A stretch of 24,000 bases of DNA from Candidatus Parcubacteria bacterium (lineage in GTDB: Bacteria; Patescibacteriota; Minisyncoccia; Phycocordibacterales; GCA-2747955): positions 1 to 24,000 of the forward strand of contig JALVSO010000054.1 of NCBI GenBank assembly GCA_027024305.1. Direction: 5' to 3'. Of the stretch, positions 18,934 through 24,000 are shown one piece after another (the stretch's first letter is position 1; every line of letters starts with the position of its first letter). The position numbers and the translations under genes were made by a program. The notes below the pieces were generated by a model. That model worked only from the letters and a program-made list of their open reading frames with translations. It was not told the DNA's origin and ran no database searches.

Positions 18934-19351
18934 AAAGATATTTTTCTTCCAATTTTTTTCTTTTTTCCTTTATAATAATCATAAGGGCCAGAGACTCCAC
19001 CGGGTTGAGTTTATCGGCTTCGGATATGCTATAACCTATGCCTTTTTTTCCACCCATGGTCATCAGTTCGAATCGGATGAGATGCTTTACCCCTTTCGGG
19101 CTAATCCAGGCCCCCCGGAGAATTGTTTTGCTCTTTTCGCCCGGAATGGGCCCCAGCCAGCTCATATTCATCTCCGAGGCCATTTTTTTAGCGGCACTGA
19201 GAATCACTTTTCTCTTTAGAGCTTTTTGGCAGGTCTCAAGTTCTTTAAGGTTTAAGTTTTTTAAAAACTTTATCTTGATTTCGTCATTATCATCGAGGTA
19301 TATTTCGGCCAGTCTTTCTCCCGATAATTTCACCGTTCCTAAAATTTTCAT
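18932..19351 (-). CDS. Hypothetical protein (139 aa), no family recognised
   Basis: Clean ORF with SD-like GGAG 11 nt upstream of the ATG, a TAA stop embedded in a strong terminator, and no TGA codons. It is the only minus-strand gene within about 18 kb. Confidence 0.6.
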   Translation of the reverse strand: MKILGTVKLSGERLAEIYLDDNDEIKIKFLKNLNLKELETCQKALKRKVILSAAKKMASEMNMSWLGPIPGEKSKTILRGAWISPKGVKHLIRFELMTMGGKKGIGYSISEADKLNPVESLALMIIIKEKRKKLEEKYL

Positions 19352-19467
19352 TAAATTTTCTCCAATCTAAATTTAAACTACCAATCATTATAGCATTTTA
19401 TGGTATTGTTTTCTAAATAAACCTTGGACTGTGAGTAATCTTGAAATTTGCTTGCTTTTTAATATAT

Positions 19468-19476
19468 TGTTAGAAT
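19468..19476 (+). promoter_or_regulatory. Extended -10 element TGTTAGAAT for ileS
   Basis: Ends 6 nt before the ATG at 19483. Confidence 0.5.
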
Positions 19477-19482
19477 ATATCT

Positions 19483-22400
19483 ATGAATAAAGATGAAAAA
19501 GAAAGTCGGGATGGAATGCTGTCCTGCGATGCCAAGAATGATTTTCTTGGCTCTGAAAAAAGTGAAGAAGTGGAGGAATTTCCTTTAAGTAAAAATGCTC
19601 AAGAGGAAAGGGAGATTTTGAATTTTTGAAATGAGAACAATATTTTTAAAAAATCCATAGAAAATAGAAATGATGCTCCGGAATTTATTTTCTACGATGG
19701 CCCTCCTTTTGCTACGGGGTTGCCTCACTATGGCCATCTTTTGGCCGGGACCATTAAGGATGTCATTCCTCGCTATAAAACCATGCGTGGCTATCGGGTG
19801 CCCAGAAGTTGGGGTTGAGATTGTCATGGTTTACCCGTGGAGAATATGATTGAAAAAGAGTTGGGTCTTAATTCTCGCAAGGAGATTGAGGAATACGGCA
19901 TAGATAAATTCAATAAAAAATGCCGAGACTCGGTTTTGAGGTATGATAGAGAGTGAAAGAAAATAGTTCCCAGGACCGGCCGTTGGGTTGATATGGAACA
20001 TCCCTATAAAACCATGGACTCCACCTACACCGAATCTCTTTGGTGGGCTTTTTCAGAATTGAATAAAAAAGGTTTGGTTTCTAGGGATTTTAAACCTATG
20101 CATATTTGCCCTCGCTGTGAAACCACTCTTTCAAATAACGAGGTTTCTGAAGGTTATAAAGATATAAAAGATTTATCGGTTATTGCTGAATTTAGATTGC
20201 TTGATGAGCCGGAAACCTTTGTTTTGGCCTGAACCACCACTCCCTGGACTTTGCCCGGCAATGTGGCTTTGGCCGTGGGGGAAGATATTGACTATGTCAA
20301 AATAGAAAAGGAAAATCAGAATGGTGAGGGTAAGGTTAGATTTATTCTGGCCAAGGAACTTTTGGAGAAGATTTTTCCAAAAGAGGAAAATGACTATGAA
20401 ATAGTGGAGGAATTTAAAGGTGAAAAATTGATTGGTAAAAGCTATGAACCGCTTTTTGATTACTATGCCAAGAAAGATGATTTAAAAAATAAAGAAAACG
20501 GTTGGAAAATTTACGGGGCTGATTTTGTGACCACCGATTCCGGAACCGGCATTGTTCACATCGCTCCGGCCTTTGGAGAAGATGATTTGCTTTTGGGTCA
20601 GAAATATAATTTACCCTGGGTTCAGCATGTGAACATAGATGGAAAATTTAAAGATGAGGTAAGCGATTTTGCCGGCATGGCCGTGAGAAAAAAAGAATTT
20701 CATGAAGAGGCTGATATTGAAATTATTAAATGATTGGCGGAAAAAGGAAAATTATTTTCCAAGGAAAAATATGAACACTCCTATCCCCACTGTTGGCGCT
20801 GTGATACTCCGCTTTTAAATTATGCCACTTCTTCCTGGTTTATCAATTCACCGAAAATAAAGAATGAATTGGTGGCTGAAAATAAAAAGATTTCCTGGGT
20901 GCCGGATCATATCGGAACCAAGCGTTTTCATAATTGGTTGGAGAACACCAAAGATTGAGCCGTTTCTCGCTCTCGCTATTGGGGAGCTCCTTTACCGATT
21001 TGAGAAAATAAAGAAAGTGGAGACTATGTTGTTTTAGGTTCTTTGGAAGAGTTGAAAGAAAAAACCAGATCCGATAATCAATTTATTTTTCTGCGCCATG
21101 GAGAGTCGGAGTCCAATGTGGAGAATATGATTTCTTCGGTACCGGGTCAATATGGGGATAGGCTAACCCAAAAAGGACGAGAGCAGGTGCGAAAAGTAAA
21201 AGATGAATTGAAAGGTGTTGATTTAATTTTCGTTTCGCCTTTCAATAGAACCAAAGAAACGGCCGAGATTGTTGCCGATGGACGGGAGGTCATAGAAGAT
21301 GAAAGATTGAAGGAAATTTTTGCCGGAGATAAGAATGGAAAAAGCTATGATAAATACAGCACCAGTGAATTTGAAGAAAAACCGGAAGATGTTCGTCGAA
21401 GGGTTATGGATTTTATCTTTGAAATAGATAAAAAATATAGGGGAAAGAAAATTTTAATTGTTTCCCATGGCCTGGTTGGTTCAATTTTGATGAGTGTTGA
21501 GGACAGAGATGAGAATGTTCAAAATGCCGTGGTTTATAATTTTGATTTTGCTCCATTCCCCCACGACGATAATTATCAATTGGATTTTCACAGACCCTAT
21601 ATTGACCAAATAACCTTTGAAGAGAATGGTAAAAAATACGAATTTGTTAAAGAGGTTTTTGATTGTTGGTTTGAGTCCGGATCCATGCCTTTTGCTTCAA
21701 GGCATTATCCTTTTGAAAATAAAGAAGTTTTTGACCCGTCAAAACATAAGGGCTTTCCGGCTGACTTTATTGCCGAGGGTCAGGATCAGACCCGTGGTTG
21801 ATTTAATACCATGTTGATTTTGTCAACGGCTCTCTTCGGTGAGACTTCCTATCGAAATGTGGTGGTTAACGGAATTGTTTTGGCCGAGGATGGAAAGAAG
21901 ATGGCTAAATCCTTAAAAAACTATCCCGATGTTAACTTTATTCTAAATAATTATACGGCCGATGCCATGAGAATGTATATGCTTTCTTCACCGGCCGTGC
22001 GAGCGGGAGACTTGGCTTTTTCAGAGAGAGGGGTTGATGAGATAAACAAGAAAGTTATTATGAAAGTAAAGAATGTCCTAACTTTCTACGAGCTTTACAA
22101 AAACGAATTGACCGAGGAAGTCAAAGCCAGGGATTCAAAAAACATTTTGGATCAATGAATTTTGGAAAGGACCAAAAAATTACTTTCCACGGTTAGCCAA
22201 GCCTTGGATAATTATGAGCTGGATGAGGCCACCAAGCCTTTTGTGGACTATGTGGATGATTTTTCAACTTGATATATCAGAAGGTCTCGGGACAGGTTTA
22301 AGGGGATTGATTTGGAGGATAAAAATTATGCCATCGTGACAACCAGAACCGTTTTAAGAAACCTGGCTAAAATTATTGCTCCTTTTGCTCCATTTTTGGC

Positions 22401-23067
22401 TGATTATCTTTGGTTAAGGTTGAGAAGGGAGGGAGATCAGGAATCGGTCCATTTGGAAAAATGGCCGGAATTGAAGGAGGGCTTGCTGGAAAGATTTTTG
22501 GGCAAGAAAAATGATATTTTGGATGGAATGGCTTTGGTTCGGGAGATTGTTTCTTTGGCCATGGAAGCCAGGGTTTCGGCTGGCTTGAAGGTTAGACAGC
22601 CTTTGGCATCCATGTTGGTTATCGGTTCGGTGGAAGATTTGGATGAGGAATACAAAGAAATTATCGCCGATGAATTGAATATCAAGAAGGTTTACCTTGA
22701 AAAGGATTTGGAAAAAATTGATAGGGAGAAGTATGATAGTTTTAATTTTGAGGAGATTGACAGGGGTGAAAACCGGAAAATAATGGTTTTGTTGGATAAA
22801 AATTTAACTCCGGAGCTGAAAAAGGAAGGTGATTTTCGGGAGTTTTTGCGCCAGATTCAGATTATGAGAAAGAAAGCCGGATTGCAGGTGGATGATATGG
22901 TGGAAATTAAAGTGGATTTGCAGGGGGCCGATAGAGACTTCATTGAGGATAATTTGGACGAACTTCAGAGAGTGGCCGGAGTGAAAAAAGTCAACTATGG
23001 TGAAATCGACGGAGAGGACGAGGTAAAAGTTAATGATAAAAAAATAAAGCTGGTTCTAATTGATTAG
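19483..23067 (+). CDS. ileS: Isoleucine--tRNA ligase, type 2 / eukaryote-like (1194 aa) with a nested histidine-phosphatase domain
   Basis: Seven track fragments plus untracked pieces are all in frame 1 and join through 10 TGA codons (19627, 19816, 19954, 20230, 20731, 20956, 21001, 21799, 22156, 22270). Motifs: [12 protein letters not shown] (HIGH), [65 protein letters not shown] (KMSKS), [10 protein letters not shown]. Ends in TAG. Confidence 0.95.
21064..21582 (+). other. Histidine phosphatase (PGAM/CobC/SixA-like, branch 1) domain inserted in-frame in IleRS
   Basis: [12 protein letters not shown] (RHG catalytic motif), [19 protein letters not shown] and [10 protein letters not shown] (second catalytic His). 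The segment lies between the IleRS motifs ...[25 protein letters not shown] and [10 protein letters not shown], which in type 2 IleRS are, from memory, only about 10-15 residues apart. Confidence 0.75.
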
Positions 23068-23092
23068 TTTTTCTTGGGAGGTTGGAAAAAGG

Positions 23093-23113
23093 GGTGGCAC
23101 CGCAGGTGCCGCC
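23093..23113. terminator. Bidirectional terminator hairpin between convergent ileS and comFC-like genes
   Basis: GGTGGCACC / GGTGCCGCC, 9-bp stem with one G:U and a GCA loop. T-rich tracts lie on both strands (TTCTCCTTT on +, CCTTTTTCC on -). Confidence 0.65.
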
Positions 23114-23126
23114 TTCTCCTTTGGTT

Positions 23127-23759
23127 CTAATGCGCCATGGTCATAAAATAAACTTTTTTGGCACCGGCTTTCTTTAACACCTTTTTGGCTTCTTTGAGAG
23201 TGGCCCCCGTAGTTGTAACATCATCAAAAATTATAATATTTTTACCCTTGATTTTTTCAGCTTTCCTTACGACAAAGGAGTTCTTGACGTTAACTAACCT
23301 CTCTTTTCTGCTTTTGGTTTTTGATTGGGCTTTGGTGTGTCTTTTTTTAACCAAAACTCCTTTTTCTCAGGAGATAAAGTTTTTTCCTCCCATTTTCATA
23401 AAATTTTCTATGATTAAATCATTTTGGTTATAACCTCTCTTAACTTTCCTTCAGAAACTAATGGGTATGGTTATGATAATGGGGTCATTGAAGTTCTCGG
23501 AGAATCTTAGAAAATCCAAAAGGTCATTTATATTTTCATAGATAATTTCCGAAAAGACTTTGGCTGACCCCGTTTGCCCACGAAACTTTAGCCTTTTTAA
23601 TTCTCTGGAAACCGATGGATTTCTGTAGGGTAAGAAGGTAATTCTTTTTTTTCCGGGAAAGATAAAATTTCTATTGGAAAGAAGTTTTTTGATTTTTACT
23701 CCGTCTTCGTTGTCTTCTCAAAAAAAGCCGATAAGTTTATAAAAGTAATTTCAAAACAT
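23127..23759 (-). CDS. comFC: ComF-family phosphoribosyltransferase-like protein (210 aa)
   Basis: The track ORF 23127-23354 (…NIIIFDDVTTTGATLKEA…, the PRTase motif) extends upstream through four in-frame TGA codons to the ATG at 23759-23757. This adds ...PISFW-RKVKRGYNQNDLI..., the ComFC R-G-[FY]-N-Q motif. Ends in TAG. Confidence 0.8.
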
Positions 23760-23799
23760 TTTTTATCTGTTATAATATGGACATAATTAAAATTTTTAA

Positions 23800-24000
23800 A
23801 TGTCTTTTCTCGATAATATCACGAAAATTTTTAATAGTAAAAATGACAACAAGGTTTTAGGCGTTGATATAGGTTCGTCTTCCATCAAGGTGGTTCAGCT
23901 CTCTTTAAAAAAAGGAGTGGCGGTTTTGGATACCTTTGGAGAAATTTCCCTGTCGGTTTATGCCGGTAAGGAAATCGGGACAACGGTTAATTTGCCCACC
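23800..24000 (+). CDS. pilM: N-terminus of a PilM-type (FtsA/actin-like) type IV pilus assembly ATPase; 3' end lies outside the window
   Basis: MSFLDNITKIFNSKNDNKVLGVDIGSSSIKVVQL... matches the G-x-D-I-G-S-x-x-I-K phosphate-1 motif at the PilM N-terminus. The frame is open to the window edge. TAAAAT ends 6 nt upstream of the ATG. It cannot be fully distinguished from FtsA on 67 aa. Confidence 0.65.
   Translation, partial: MSFLDNITKIFNSKNDNKVLGVDIGSSSIKVVQLSLKKGVAVLDTFGEISLSVYAGKEIGTTVNLPT

Overview
AT-rich bacterial window, almost all genes on the + strand. Content is housekeeping plus a type IV pilus/competence set: tig, recJ, a coiled-coil lytic transglycosylase, dnaX, an HD hydrolase, mraZ-rsmH-ftsL-like, pilD with four prepilin-like genes, ligA, uppS, an RluA-family pseudouridine synthase, tRNA-Ala(UGC), a NYN/LabA-like protein, ileS, comFC-like and the start of pilM. 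This gene set and the small, domain-poor proteins resemble Patescibacteria/CPR genomes, but that placement is inference only. The main observation is that the six-frame track splits nearly every long gene at TGA. The fragments are always in the same frame, and the TGA codons fall on universally conserved Trp positions: GWDCHGLP, WTTTPW and DQTRGWF in IleRS, APRWGIALKFP in LigA, WPDF in UppS, QFMPKTW in the transglycosylase, and EIW in MraZ. The window is therefore read with UGA=Trp (code 4-like), not as pseudogenes and not as UGA=Gly (code 25). All CDS coordinates below are re-called on that basis, and every CDS but one ends in TAA or TAG. Second-look items: (1) an intact histidine-phosphatase (RHG...SHG) domain nested in-frame inside the IleRS catalytic core; (2) one ORF that ends at TGA before a strong terminator yet is in frame with recJ; (3) a 270-bp noncoding module bounded by copies of the tRNA-Ala 3' end; (4) a 386-bp imperfect palindrome upstream of tig; (5) three GC-rich palindromes in about 60-nt tandem units between convergent genes; (6) a GC-rich hairpin inserted in-frame in ligA, with a sibling in an intergenic region; (7) a 10-bp-phased GTGG repeat array (MraZ-operator-like) beside a TGAATAAC motif cluster; (8) recurrent TGTTAnAAT extended -10 boxes 6-9 nt from start codons, implying leaderless mRNAs.
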